Shown here: positions 14,420 to 24,720 of the stretch, piece after piece
Layout of the letters: every line of letters begins with the position of its first letter
Numbering within the stretch: the stretch's first letter is position 1
DNA from: Myxococcota bacterium
GTDB lineage: Bacteria; Myxococcota_A; Polyangia; Polyangiales; Houyiibacteriaceae
Assembly: GCA_039030515.1 (NCBI GenBank)
Contig: JBCCEA010000020.1
Location: 11,110 to 75,109 of the forward strand
Reading direction: 5' to 3'
DNA length: 64,000 nucleotides
The notes under the pieces: generated by a model
Told to the model about the DNA's origin: nothing
Databases searched by the model: none
What the model saw: only the letters and a program-made list of their open reading frames with translations
Translations under genes and position numbers: made by a program

Positions 14420-15268
14420 TCAAGGCCCAGATTCGAGCAGCTCGAATCCCGGATGAATCCCTTCCACAAGCCTCACCCCGTACACCTCCTCCATCTGTTT
14501 GGAACCAACTACAGATGAGGGCACCCCAAACTGCACGAGTCTGCCTGCACTGAGGAGCAGTGCTGCGTCTGCATGCCGACGCGCGTCTGCAAGATCGTGC
14601 ATGGCGATAGCGAAGGTATAGCCCTTCTGGCACAACGTCTTGAGGAGCCCGAAGAACGCAAGAGCCTGGCCCACGTCGAGGGCGGCAGTCGGCTCGTCCA
14701 AAAGTAGAATCTGCGCCTCGGTTGCAAGTGAACGGGCCATAAGGACCCGCTGCTGCTCTCCAATCGACAACTTTAGAAAGGAACGTCCTCCAAGATGAGT
14801 CGCACCCGAAAGCTCCATCGCCCGAGCCACCATCGTGCGATCGGCCGCGGGGGAAGACTCTGAATTGCGCGCGTAGCGTCCCTGACCGACAACCTCCTCG
14901 ACCCGAAGCGCTGAGCGGAGGAGCGTTCGCTGAGGCACGTAACCGAGGCAGCGAGCTCGCTGTATACTCTGCAAGTCTCGAACTTCATGGGTGAAGCCCT
15001 CCGTCTTCTGGTCTGGACCGCAGCCAGAAACGTGAACCGAGCCCTCATAGGGCAAAAGGCCCGCCAATGCCTTGAGCAACGTGCTCTTGCCCGCGCCGTT
15101 GGGCCCGAGCACCGCCAGAACGGAACCAGCGGGGACCACAAAGCTGATGTCCTGAAGAATCCGCCTCCGGCCGCGACGCATGGAAAGATGCTGCACGGAA
15201 AGCGCCGCGTTTGCGGACCGATCGCGCAAGGCGTCTGCCCTCACCGAAACGCCTTCTAACTCACTCAA
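14420..15268 (-). CDS. ABC transporter ATP-binding protein (BtuD/FecE-like)
   Basis: GPNGAGKST Walker A, LSIGEQQRV signature, LLLDEPT Walker B, MHDL. Confidence 0.93.
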   Translation of the reverse strand: MSELEGVSVRADALRDRSANAALSVQHLSMRRGRRRILQDISFVVPAGSVLAVLGPNGAGKSTLLKALAGLLPYEGSVHVSGCGPDQKTEGFTHEVRDLQSIQRARCLGYVPQRTLLRSALRVEEVVGQGRYARNSESSPAADRTMVARAMELSGATHLGGRSFLKLSIGEQQRVLMARSLATEAQILLLDEPTAALDVGQALAFFGLLKTLCQKGYTFAIAMHDLADARRHADAALLLSAGRLVQFGVPSSVVGSKQMEEVYGVRLVEGIHPGFELLESGP

Positions 15269-16268
15269 GAGATTCCTCCGAGCGGGTGCGGAGCAACAAA
15301 ACCAAGAACACCGGAGCGCCCACCAGGCCAGTCACCACCCCCAAAGGGACCTCTCCCTGCGTCGGTAGGGCGCGTGTGATCACGTCGCAGACCACGACAA
15401 AAGCTCCTCCGGCGAGCAAACATGCGGGTAAAAGCGCCCGGTGGGACACTCCGACAAAAGGCCGAAGCACATGCGGCACCACGAGACCCACAAAGGAAAG
15501 ACTGCCTCCGAGGGACACCGCAGCGGCAACCAAGACGCTAACCCAAACAGCGATCCAAAGCCTCACCTGACGCACCTCGACACCGAGAGACGCGGCTTCT
15601 TCTTCGCCGCTAAGCAAGAGGTCGAGCGGGCGCGACCAGGAAAACGCGGCGGCCAGGCCAAAACCCAACAGAGGTAGCGCAAACAAGAGCTGGCGGGGAC
15701 CGGCACCGGAGACAGACCCTAGGGCAAACGCAACCACGGCTCGGCCCAGCTCCCAGCTATCCTGGGAAAGCGTCGTCAAAAAACTGCTGAGGCTGAGAAA
15801 TAAAGACGACAAAATGAAACCGACGAGCAGCAGCGCAAGCAGATCCTGAGTGACCCTAAGAAAAGCCAAGAGCACCGAAAGAGCCAACATCGCTCCCAAA
15901 AGACAGCCGAACGGGAGGATCATCTCGGGCAAGAACAGGGCGCGGCTGCCGGGCATCACCGCGTGGCCGAACCAGTCCCAGAACACCAGCGCCAACTGAC
16001 CCCCGAGGTTGGCGCCCGCCGTGGTTCCGAGCACAGAGGGACTGGCGAGCGGGTTTCGGAAGAGCCCCTGAACGAGAACGCCACCCACGGCGAGTGCCGA
16101 GCCCGCGAGAAACGACGCCGCGAGACGATAGCCACGAAGGCTTAAGAAGGTGTCTCGCAGCTCTGGCTCAGAGAGACTGCCGGTACCCACCGCGAGAGAG
16201 GCGGCAGCTGCAATGAGAAGCGCAGCTGAGATCAAGACGTAGCTACGAAGCAGCAATTTTTGTTTCAC
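15261..16268 (-). CDS. FecCD/BtuC-family ABC permease
   Basis: QGLFRNPLASP..LG...GA, A.SLGV, FVGLVVPH..R, GVVTGLVGAPVF; GTG at 16268 chosen so it does not overlap the RND gene. Confidence 0.92.
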   Translation of the reverse strand: MKQKLLLRSYVLISAALLIAAAASLAVGTGSLSEPELRDTFLSLRGYRLAASFLAGSALAVGGVLVQGLFRNPLASPSVLGTTAGANLGGQLALVFWDWFGHAVMPGSRALFLPEMILPFGCLLGAMLALSVLLAFLRVTQDLLALLLVGFILSSLFLSLSSFLTTLSQDSWELGRAVVAFALGSVSGAGPRQLLFALPLLGFGLAAAFSWSRPLDLLLSGEEEAASLGVEVRQVRLWIAVWVSVLVAAAVSLGGSLSFVGLVVPHVLRPFVGVSHRALLPACLLAGGAFVVVCDVITRALPTQGEVPLGVVTGLVGAPVFLVLLLRTRSEESLE

Positions 16269-16282
16269 GACCGACCCATGAC

Positions 16283-19200
16283 TCAGCTCGAAGTACGCGT
16301 CCGCATCACGCGGCTCGCAGAGACACCTAGGCGCTGTCGCAACCGCCATACGATAGAGAATCCAGAGGGGATGACCACCAAAGTGAGCATCGTCGACATC
16401 AGCAACCCTCCGAGGACAACCGCACCGGTCCCGCGGTAGAGCTCCGTTCCGGAACCGGGGATCCAAACCATCGGCAGGAGCCCAGCGAGACTGGTCAGGG
16501 TGGTCATCCACACCGGCCGTGCGCGCGACTCCACCGCGAGACGAAGAGCAGACTCGATCGTCTCTCCTTGGCGCAGTCTCGCGAGCGCCCCATCGACCAC
16601 CAGGATGGCGTTGTTGACAACCACTCCGAGCAAGATGAGGAATCCGAGCGCCGTCACCAGATCGAGCGCCTGAGGCGCGGCAAAGGCGCTCAGCAGGTGC
16701 AGTGCGATGGCGCCGCCCGCACTCGCGAGAGGCACGGTGAGTAAGACCACGAGAGGCGCGAGAAAGTCCTCAAACAGCGCGCTCATCAGCAAATAGGAGA
16801 TCAGCAACGCAAGCCATAGAACAGAGGCAAACTGCTCCTTTGCAATCGCGAGATCTCCAACCGTGCCCGACACGGTGATGCGCGATCGACGGGATAGCTC
16901 AGCGCCTGACCGAATCGGCTCCAGCACGTCACGGTCGATGAGGGCAAGCGCTTCACTGAGCGGCATCGAGGCTTCCGGCGATACCTGAAGCGTGATCGCT
17001 CGGGATCGCTCGATCCTGCGAATGACGGTCGGCCCAAGCTCCTCTGAAAGCTCAGCCAGCACACCAAAAGGAACGACTTGGCCTGAAGCAAGCGACACTG
17101 GGGCACTCTCTAGTTCCGAAGTGGTTTCGATCGGAGCGCCATCACCACGAACCGCCCGCAAAATCACGTCCAGCCTTGGCGCCCCATCATCACCCAGTTC
17201 TCCGATCACCGCTCCATCGACCAGAACGTCCAAGGTCTGACCGATTTCCGAAGTCGACATCCCGAGAGTCGCAGAAGAATCTCGCCGAGGCCTCGCACGC
17301 AACTCGAGAGCCCCCGCGTCGAGCGCCGGTATCGGACGAATCTGAGACGTGGGAAGCACCTCGCGAAGCTTGTCGAAAATAAGGCGCCCCGCCTTGGTCA
17401 GCTCTGCGAGATCGCCTCCTGAAACATTGACTTCGATGGTGCGCCCTCCTCCGCGCCGGCCAAAAAGAGAAGCCTGCGTTGTAAATGAGAAGTACCCGGG
17501 AATCTCGCTTTGAACCCGACGTAGCCATCGCAAGATCCCTCCGATCTGGCTCGGATCTTCCGCCACCGCTCCGCCAAAGAGCCGCGTCGGCGTCCCTACA
17601 AAGAAGCTGCGGCGGATCGCAGGAACCCCGTCCACTACCTTACCCACGTGAGGTGAAAGCTGCTTCTGAACCCCAAGACCAGCCCGCTCCAGCTCCGAAA
17701 CCGAAGTGCCCGCGGGAGGTACGAGCACCCCAAACACTAGATTTCGGTTTCCTCGAGGCAAATACTCGAGCGGAGGCAGCAGCTGGGTCGTCGCCGCAAT
17801 ACAAAGAGTCAAGGCGACGCCCACGATCGCAAGGCTGCGCAGGGTCGACTGAGACACCCAGTAGACCGCCCTGCCGAGCGAGCGCCGTGCAGACGCGCCA
17901 AAACGCTGTAGCGCTCCGGAGGCTCTTTCAGAGTCAGGTTCAGAGGCAGGACGCCTCTTGCGGAGCAAGCGACTCGAAAGACTGGGGATCACCCAGATGC
18001 TCACAAAAAGCGAGGTCAGAACCGCAACGCTGACGGCAACCGAAATATCGCGAAGCAGCTGACCCACTTCACTTTCCCAGGTGATGACCGGCAAGAACAC
18101 CGCTGCGGTGGTCGCGGTCGAGGCGAGCAACGCACCCCAGACTTCAGCAACGCCTCGCACGGACGCCTCGCGCGCGGACCCGACCCGGTGCGACCAGGTA
18201 TCGATCGATTCGAGGGACACGATCGAGTTGTCGAGCACCATACCGATCGCAAACGTGATTCCGGCCAGACTGACCACGTTGAGGGAGCGCCCCATCCACT
18301 GCATTCCGAGCATCGTGCCGAACACGCAAATCGGAATAGCGACAGCCACGATCATGCTCGCGGCAATACTGCGCAAGGCAAGAAACAGCACGAGCACCGC
18401 AAGAACTCCACCGAGCAGTAGATTTTGGCGCACCTGATCGATCGCGCTCTCGATGTAACCCACCTGATCGCTCACGACCTGAAAGCTCAGACCCTCCGGA
18501 GCGAACAGCGCCTCATTCATGCGGGCGACTTCAGCGCGGATCTTACGGGTCACCTCTAGGACGTTGCTGCCCGACTCCCTCCGAACGAGTAGGACCATGG
18601 AGGGAAGATCGTTTTGAAACGCAACCGTCGATGGATCGCGAAGGCCCATCCGAATGTCGGCCACCTGGGAGAGATGGATCGGCGTGCCGTCTTGCCCGAC
18701 CCCGATGCGCAGCTCCCCTAAATCTTCCGGATTCGGAGGAAGTGCCAAGGTGCGCACAGCCAAGCGGCGGCGGCCGTAGTTGACCTCTCCTGCAGAAATA
18801 TCCGCCAGCTCTGCCCGCAAACTTTCCACGAGTGATGACATGGAAATTCCCCGAGCGGCGAGCTTGGTGATGTCGACATCGACGCGATACACGCGATCTC
18901 GCCCCCCGAGGTGGGTGAGTTCTCCAACGCCCTCGATACGCTGCAGCATCGGGACGACCCGTTCCGCAAGCCAGGTTCGGTAGGCGTCGACGGATGCACC
19001 GCGAAGCGAGGTAACGGTGAGGACGGCAAGGGGTGGTCCGGAATCGTTCGCCGTCTCTACGACCGGGTCGTCGGCATTTTCTGGGTAGTCCGAAACCTGG
19101 GCCAAGCGATTCGTGAGCCGAACCAAAGATTCGTCGATATCGGTTCCTGCATCGAACTCGAGGGTGATCGAGCCGGAGTCTGGCGCCGCTTGGCTGGTCA

Positions 19201-19513
19201 TTTCGACCAGGCCCGGGATATCCTTGAGCACGTCCTCTTGCGGTTCGAGGACTTCCGCCTCGACTTCCGTAGGGGCAGCGCCGAGCCAGCGTGTGCGCAC
19301 CGTCAGGCTTGGGCGGGTGATATCGGGCGTCAGCTGGATCGGCAGATCGCGGATCGACAGTGCGCCAAAAAGCAGCACCAAAAGGGCGCCGACTACCACC
19401 GTAACCGGTCGACGCACCGCAAACTCGAGGATCGAAAATGTGGAACGCTCTGAGTGAGCGGACGCCTCGCCTGCGTTTTCTACGTCTTTTTCGGTAGGCG
19501 GGCTTGGACTCAT
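16283..19513 (-). CDS. RND efflux transporter permease (AcrB/AcrD/AcrF family)
   Basis: 1076 aa; FAVRRPV, SLNVVSLAG, GMVLDNSIV..E, GVVVNNAIL, RARPVWMTTLT. Confidence 0.94.
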   Translation of the reverse strand: MSPSPPTEKDVENAGEASAHSERSTFSILEFAVRRPVTVVVGALLVLLFGALSIRDLPIQLTPDITRPSLTVRTRWLGAAPTEVEAEVLEPQEDVLKDIPGLVEMTSQAAPDSGSITLEFDAGTDIDESLVRLTNRLAQVSDYPENADDPVVETANDSGPPLAVLTVTSLRGASVDAYRTWLAERVVPMLQRIEGVGELTHLGGRDRVYRVDVDITKLAARGISMSSLVESLRAELADISAGEVNYGRRRLAVRTLALPPNPEDLGELRIGVGQDGTPIHLSQVADIRMGLRDPSTVAFQNDLPSMVLLVRRESGSNVLEVTRKIRAEVARMNEALFAPEGLSFQVVSDQVGYIESAIDQVRQNLLLGGVLAVLVLFLALRSIAASMIVAVAIPICVFGTMLGMQWMGRSLNVVSLAGITFAIGMVLDNSIVSLESIDTWSHRVGSAREASVRGVAEVWGALLASTATTAAVFLPVITWESEVGQLLRDISVAVSVAVLTSLFVSIWVIPSLSSRLLRKRRPASEPDSERASGALQRFGASARRSLGRAVYWVSQSTLRSLAIVGVALTLCIAATTQLLPPLEYLPRGNRNLVFGVLVPPAGTSVSELERAGLGVQKQLSPHVGKVVDGVPAIRRSFFVGTPTRLFGGAVAEDPSQIGGILRWLRRVQSEIPGYFSFTTQASLFGRRGGGRTIEVNVSGGDLAELTKAGRLIFDKLREVLPTSQIRPIPALDAGALELRARPRRDSSATLGMSTSEIGQTLDVLVDGAVIGELGDDGAPRLDVILRAVRGDGAPIETTSELESAPVSLASGQVVPFGVLAELSEELGPTVIRRIERSRAITLQVSPEASMPLSEALALIDRDVLEPIRSGAELSRRSRITVSGTVGDLAIAKEQFASVLWLALLISYLLMSALFEDFLAPLVVLLTVPLASAGGAIALHLLSAFAAPQALDLVTALGFLILLGVVVNNAILVVDGALARLRQGETIESALRLAVESRARPVWMTTLTSLAGLLPMVWIPGSGTELYRGTGAVVLGGLLMSTMLTLVVIPSGFSIVWRLRQRLGVSASRVMRTRTSS

Positions 19514-20835
19514 CCCTGCCTCGGAACCTGCGCTGAGGCGCCTGTCCGATCGGGCGCGGCGCCTCTTTTTTCACGCGCGTCGCTATCGTCTGGAGCATCG
19601 TCATCGCGTGCCGGGTCGATGTGGACCCGAACGTCATGGCCACTCTTCAGTTCGCGGTCTTTTGATGCATCGACCGAGGATGCGAGGATCACGGGCTGTC
19701 CGGGTCGCAAGCGTTCATTGCCCTTTACCACCACAAGCGCACCCTGAGAGAGGGCCATCGACTGCCCTGCCAACACCTCCACTCGGGCGAACTCATGGTT
19801 CCTTTCGAGGACGCGCACGGAGATCGCTTCCGCCATGTCGTTCACCACGGCGAACACGCGCGTATCCGCGACCCCGACGACCAGGGCATCCCTCGGCACC
19901 AGCGGCTTTGGGGACTCCTTTGCGGTGGCGAAGACCACATCGACGGTGCCGCCAGGTAAAAGCCAATTCGCAGAAGTTGTCGCAAGAAGCCGAAGCTGCG
20001 CGGTGCGGGTAGAAGGCTCGATTGCAGGCACAACGCCGACAACTTGAGCGGGTTGACTTCGGTCGCCAAGGCGAAGTTCTGCCGGCATCCCCACCTGGAT
20101 CTCGGCAAGCATCGCAGGGTCCACGCGCACCAGAACCTCTACCTGAGCGTCCGCTACGAGCTCAAGCACCGGATCGCCGACGCCAACCCAATCGCCCGGA
20201 TCGACCAGCCGAGCCGTGACCACCGCCTGAAAGGGCGCGATGACTCGATGCCTCGAAAGCGTCTCCCGAGCCTGCGTTGTCCTCGCTTCCAAACTGCGAA
20301 GCTCCGCTTCGAGTGCGTCTGCAGTGCTTTGCGCCCGTTCGATCTCGACGTCTGCCACGGAATCCGAACCGACACGTCGGTAGCGTTCAGCGTCTCTTTT
20401 TGCTTGGGCCTGCTCGGTCTCAGTCCGGAGTCGCTCTGCCTGAGACTGCGCGAACTGAGCGGCAGCAAGGTCTGGATCGAGCTGGAGCAAGACGTCACCG
20501 GTCGCCACCCGATCCCCTTCGCGAACCACGACTCGCGTGACTTGTCCCTCGGCGCCGGCAGCGAGCTCGGCGGTCGCCATCGCCCGAACTTGGCCGAGGT
20601 AGCGGTAGGTTCGAGGCAGCGCTCCATAACGCACCTCTGCTACGGCGACGCGAGAAGGCCGAGGAGCGGGACGCGAAACAGAATCCGGAGGACTCGAACA
20701 GCCAAACTGGTGGAGAACCGGAACGATGAGGGCCAAGGCGCGGAACTCAAGCGTTCGAGGGACGCGGCGATGCAGGGAGTGCACGGAGGCGTGCGTAGAG
20801 CTCCCGAGGGAATCCCGCAAGGCTGACCGAAGCAA
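19510..20835 (-). CDS. RND periplasmic adaptor (membrane fusion protein); true start probably downstream
   Basis: Lipoyl motifs G.V..V.V.EGD.V..GD.L and I.APF..VV....V.PGD.V; V.G..RLRPG; possible lipobox QFGC. Confidence 0.88.
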   Translation of the reverse strand: MLRSALRDSLGSSTHASVHSLHRRVPRTLEFRALALIVPVLHQFGCSSPPDSVSRPAPRPSRVAVAEVRYGALPRTYRYLGQVRAMATAELAAGAEGQVTRVVVREGDRVATGDVLLQLDPDLAAAQFAQSQAERLRTETEQAQAKRDAERYRRVGSDSVADVEIERAQSTADALEAELRSLEARTTQARETLSRHRVIAPFQAVVTARLVDPGDWVGVGDPVLELVADAQVEVLVRVDPAMLAEIQVGMPAELRLGDRSQPAQVVGVVPAIEPSTRTAQLRLLATTSANWLLPGGTVDVVFATAKESPKPLVPRDALVVGVADTRVFAVVNDMAEAISVRVLERNHEFARVEVLAGQSMALSQGALVVVKGNERLRPGQPVILASSVDASKDRELKSGHDVRVHIDPARDDDAPDDSDAREKRGAAPDRTGASAQVPRQG

Positions 20836-21031
20836 GCAGACTTCGGTCGTCGAATCAGGGGAGCATTTAAGGTCGCTCTCTTTTACAGCAATAATGTCTT
20901 TATTTGGTAGTGCGGCAAGAAGCTACACTTGCTATTTTGTGGACATGGCGGCCGAACGCGATGCCTTGGACCCCAAAGCCCACTGGGCGCTGAACGCTCA
21001 GCGAGTACGTCAAGTCGCTTCTGCCTTGCGG

Positions 21032-22816
21032 ATGAGCTTCTTTGTGCAGAGTGCGTTGCTGTGGCTCTCCGTCGCTGGTTGCTCAGAGCAGACGCATGAA
21101 ATTGCTCTCGATCTCGTCACCGATATCGCCCCGCAGGTGGATTCCGCAAGCGGCTATCTCCAAGCTCAAGTGGACCACATCACCGGCAATTCAGAGCCCC
21201 AGTTTACCTCGCCACCAGAGAACGCACTGACCTCTCCCTCGGGGAATGAAACCTATTCCTACCGAATTGCCGCGTTTGAGAAGATTCCTCGAGGACGTCA
21301 TCGCTTCGAAGTCGCACTCGTGAACGCGCAAGAAGATCAACTCGTCACGGTCCTGGCGCGACCGGTCCTGGTAGACATCAGACGCAACACCGTGGTGCGT
21401 GTCTTCCTCACCCAGGACTGCGTCGGGGTCGCGTGCGACGACCCTGACAACCAGTTCTGCCGCGCAGGCGAGTGCGTCCCGCTGGAAGTATGCTCGAGCA
21501 ACTCGCGGTCTTGTGAGTCTGCCCCTGAACCCCGACCAGAGCCAGAACCCGAGCCAAAGCCGGAGTGTGTCAGAGACAGCGATTGTCCGGCCGAAGCCTG
21601 CGAGACCTCTGTTTGTGTCTTGGGCACCTGCAATACCGAGAGCATCGAGTCCTGCATTCCTTGTCAAACTCGGTCCGATTGTCCGGTGCCGGAAACGAGC
21701 TGCGCCGAGGCTCTTTGCGAGGCGGGCCGATGCGGATCTCGACTGGTTCAGGAGCTCTGCAGTGCGCCCTTGACCTGCGTTGAAAACGTCGGATGTGCGC
21801 TCGAGTGCAGCGGTGACGCCGACTGCGTCTGTGGCACGTGCAGCGCCGGCCTTTGCGTTCCGCCTACCCCAGACGAGGACTCCTGCGCAAGTCCCGAGAG
21901 CTGCATGCCCGGCTTTGGGTGCCTTCCGCTATTGCCGGCCTTTGACTGCCCCACGAGGCTGTCCATCGCCGACACAGGTGATGACGAGTGGAGCCCTTCT
22001 CTGACGATCCTGCAGGGAACCGACGTCGAGGTGCTCGGTTTTCTGAGCGACGAGGGAGGCGCGCCCGAATATCGATTTATCTACCGCACGTCAGATTCGG
22101 ACTGGATAGGTCCTCGGTCGACCGAGGCTGCGTCACAGGTCACCTCCGGTTCCACACTCCCGATGCCGGTAGTCCTCGACGACATCCACCTCTATTCCAT
22201 CCTCGATCGGGTCGGATTCTCGAACACTTGGAGCGGCCTCGCATACGTCACCCTTCGCAGCGAAAGCTCCGGCGCGACGACGCTCCGTGAATACGTCGTC
22301 GAACTCGATGGGGATGCGATCGAACTCAACTTTGCAGCGACGCAAGAGGCCCCGATCGAAGGTGGCGCCGACGCGGATGTGATCGACGCAAACGACCATT
22401 TCAGCATGACCATCCGCTCGGGTAGCGGAGATCGGGACATCGCCTTTTCCGCTCCAGAGCTCTATCCGAGCCAGGGTATCAATTCCGACTTCGACGAAAT
22501 CTCACCCTCACCCACTCCTTCACTTCAAGCGCTTGTCTTCGCTTCGAATCGGGCGTCCCACGACGTTCAAGAGTTCCGACTCTTCGTCGGCTACCGAGAC
22601 GGAGATCGATTCGACCTGGTGCTGCCCATGAGTTCACTCGACGATCCGCAAGCAAACACGGTCGATGCTTGGCTGAGGTCCGACCTGCAGGGCAGCGATT
22701 TTCCCGACATTTTCTTCGCGTCGAACCGGGGTCCGGATGGCGATCTGGATCTCTATACTGCCGACGCCGATCCGAACGTCGCTCCGGCAACCCTCAGCAA
22801 CCGATGCACGCAGTAG
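21032..22816 (+). CDS. Cys-rich secreted lipoprotein with C-terminal PD40/TolB-like repeats (myxobacterial type)
   Basis: Lipobox VAGC after ATG 21032 (alternative ATG 20945); many C..D.DC......C..G.C modules; PEPEPEP linker; INS..DE.SPS, LVFASNR and IFFASNR...DLDLY repeats. Confidence 0.72.
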   Translation: MSFFVQSALLWLSVAGCSEQTHEIALDLVTDIAPQVDSASGYLQAQVDHITGNSEPQFTSPPENALTSPSGNETYSYRIAAFEKIPRGRHRFEVALVNAQEDQLVTVLARPVLVDIRRNTVVRVFLTQDCVGVACDDPDNQFCRAGECVPLEVCSSNSRSCESAPEPRPEPEPEPKPECVRDSDCPAEACETSVCVLGTCNTESIESCIPCQTRSDCPVPETSCAEALCEAGRCGSRLVQELCSAPLTCVENVGCALECSGDADCVCGTCSAGLCVPPTPDEDSCASPESCMPGFGCLPLLPAFDCPTRLSIADTGDDEWSPSLTILQGTDVEVLGFLSDEGGAPEYRFIYRTSDSDWIGPRSTEAASQVTSGSTLPMPVVLDDIHLYSILDRVGFSNTWSGLAYVTLRSESSGATTLREYVVELDGDAIELNFAATQEAPIEGGADADVIDANDHFSMTIRSGSGDRDIAFSAPELYPSQGINSDFDEISPSPTPSLQALVFASNRASHDVQEFRLFVGYRDGDRFDLVLPMSSLDDPQANTVDAWLRSDLQGSDFPDIFFASNRGPDGDLDLYTADADPNVAPATLSNRCTQ

Positions 22817-23028
22817 CCTCAGCAACCGATGCATGCAGTAGGCAGATCGCCCGCGAGCGGTGCGCGACTCGCCGAACCGTGAACTACATGCTTCAAAACT
22901 GCGCCACTTTGAGCCAGATTCCCTCCCCACGAACTTCGGCGCCTCGTTTTTCTGGGATCACGCACGCATATCTGTTTAGAATCATTGACGTCGTAACCTC
23001 GGCATCTTTAGTGCATAAGCGCTCCCCC

Positions 23029-24720
23029 ATGCTGCGATTTCATTACTCGTTGGCGGCAATGGCCGTCTTATTCATGCTGAAGCCCGTCACAGCCAGCGCC
23101 TGTGGGGGCTTCTTTTGCAACAACTCTGCGCCCGTCAATCAGGCGGCAGAGCGGATCCTGTTTCACGTGGGGGCCGACGGTACGGTCACCGCGGTGATCC
23201 AGATTCAGTACGAGGGACCGTCAGAGAGTTTCGCTTGGGTTCTGCCGGTCTCCGGAACCCCCGAAGTCGCCGTTTCTTCGGATCAGATTTTCACGAGACT
23301 GCAAAATGCCACCAATCCGCAGTACACCGTCGTGAGAACGATCGAAGGCGACTGCGACGACGATGCGCGAACCTTCGCGGGCGGCGCCGATTCCGGCACT
23401 GCTTTTGAAGGCGATGAAAACGGTGCGCCCGGAGTGAACGTCGAAGCGTCCGGCAGCGTCGGCCCCTACGACTTCGCGGTCATTTCGGTGGATCCTGCAC
23501 TTACAAACGCAGCCGATGTCGCTATCGAATGGCTAAGCGACGAGGGCTACGACCTCAGCGCGATCACGGGTGATGTTCTTGGTCCGTATCTCGAAAGCGG
23601 CCTCAATCTCATCGCTTTTCGGCTCACCAAAGGCAGTGAAGCCGACGCAGGTTCGATCAGGCCGATCATGCTCACTTTTGGTCAAGGCCTACCGTCGATT
23701 CCGCTCCGGCCCACGGCAGTCGCTGCAGACCCAAACATGGGCGTGCTCGTGTGGACTTTGGGCCCCGCGCGCGCGATTCCTGTAAATTACCGTTCACTAG
23801 AACTTAATGAAGCACTCATTAACTGGCTCAACCCGGGACCGACCTACAACGCAGTCGTCACCGCAGCCGCTGATGAAGCCGGTGGACAAGGGTTCGTAAC
23901 CGAGATGGCTGGGTCCGTTCGGGACGTGGCTGACGCTGTGTTTCCGGGAATCGAAACCGCAGCACTGGAGCAAGCGCGTGGCCAAGCGGGCAGCGATGCC
24001 GACAACGCGTCCATCGTCTCGGAACTGCTTGCCGCACTTGCGGGTGCGGACGGGCTGCTAGATGCCGTGGAGTCGTCGATTCCTCTCGCTGAAGGCGTAT
24101 CCGCAGGCGATTTGGTGGGGTGCCCTTTTTGCACATCAGACTTCATCGATCAGTCCGCAGATTTTGATCTCGATGCGTTTTTGAACGAGGTGGAAGTGCG
24201 GGTCGTCGCGCCGGTAGAGGACACCGCAACCCTGTTCGAAGAACAGCTCTATCTGACACGACTCTATACGACAATGTCCCCCGCGGACATGACGCTCGAC
24301 CCGAGCTTCGACTTCAACGCAGAGCTGGGCGACTACTCGAACCTCCACACCGCGACACAGTTCATCGAGTGCGGTCCCGGAGTCTCTCAATTTGACGCAA
24401 GCTGGCGCATGGACATCCCTGGAGCGGACACGATCCGCGGAGTGGGGGCCCAGTGGCCTTTCGACATCAGCTCGAGCGACCAACCCGCAAACGCTCGCAT
24501 CCTGCGCGTAGGCACCACCGGAAACGGAGAGGTGATCGAAGACAACACCGCGGTGATTCAGCAGGCGGTATCGGAACACAACCAGGACGTAGGACCGACC
24601 GGGTCACTCTCTGGGGGCGGATGCTCAGTCGTCCATTCAAGCCAGGATGCCACAACGCTTGGAGCCTTGATCGCATTTGCGGTCTGGTTCGCTAGACGTC
24701 GCCGATTCCACAAGGCATGA
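23029..24720 (+). CDS. DUF2330 domain protein with MYXO-CTERM sorting signal
   Basis: Signal ..ASA/CGGFFC, QAAERILF, IQYEG...FAWVLPV, YLTRLYT.MSP..M..DP.F; tail GGGCSV-TM-RRRR. Confidence 0.88.
   Translation: MLRFHYSLAAMAVLFMLKPVTASACGGFFCNNSAPVNQAAERILFHVGADGTVTAVIQIQYEGPSESFAWVLPVSGTPEVAVSSDQIFTRLQNATNPQYTVVRTIEGDCDDDARTFAGGADSGTAFEGDENGAPGVNVEASGSVGPYDFAVISVDPALTNAADVAIEWLSDEGYDLSAITGDVLGPYLESGLNLIAFRLTKGSEADAGSIRPIMLTFGQGLPSIPLRPTAVAADPNMGVLVWTLGPARAIPVNYRSLELNEALINWLNPGPTYNAVVTAAADEAGGQGFVTEMAGSVRDVADAVFPGIETAALEQARGQAGSDADNASIVSELLAALAGADGLLDAVESSIPLAEGVSAGDLVGCPFCTSDFIDQSADFDLDAFLNEVEVRVVAPVEDTATLFEEQLYLTRLYTTMSPADMTLDPSFDFNAELGDYSNLHTATQFIECGPGVSQFDASWRMDIPGADTIRGVGAQWPFDISSSDQPANARILRVGTTGNGEVIEDNTAVIQQAVSEHNQDVGPTGSLSGGGCSVVHSSQDATTLGALIAFAVWFARRRRFHKA

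Noticed and set aside
22669..23028. Long N-terminal extensions given by the ORF track (DUF2330, FecCD permease, meaB, cytochrome, MepA-like)
   Set aside because: They overlap neighbouring genes and precede better starts with signal peptides or family-typical N-termini
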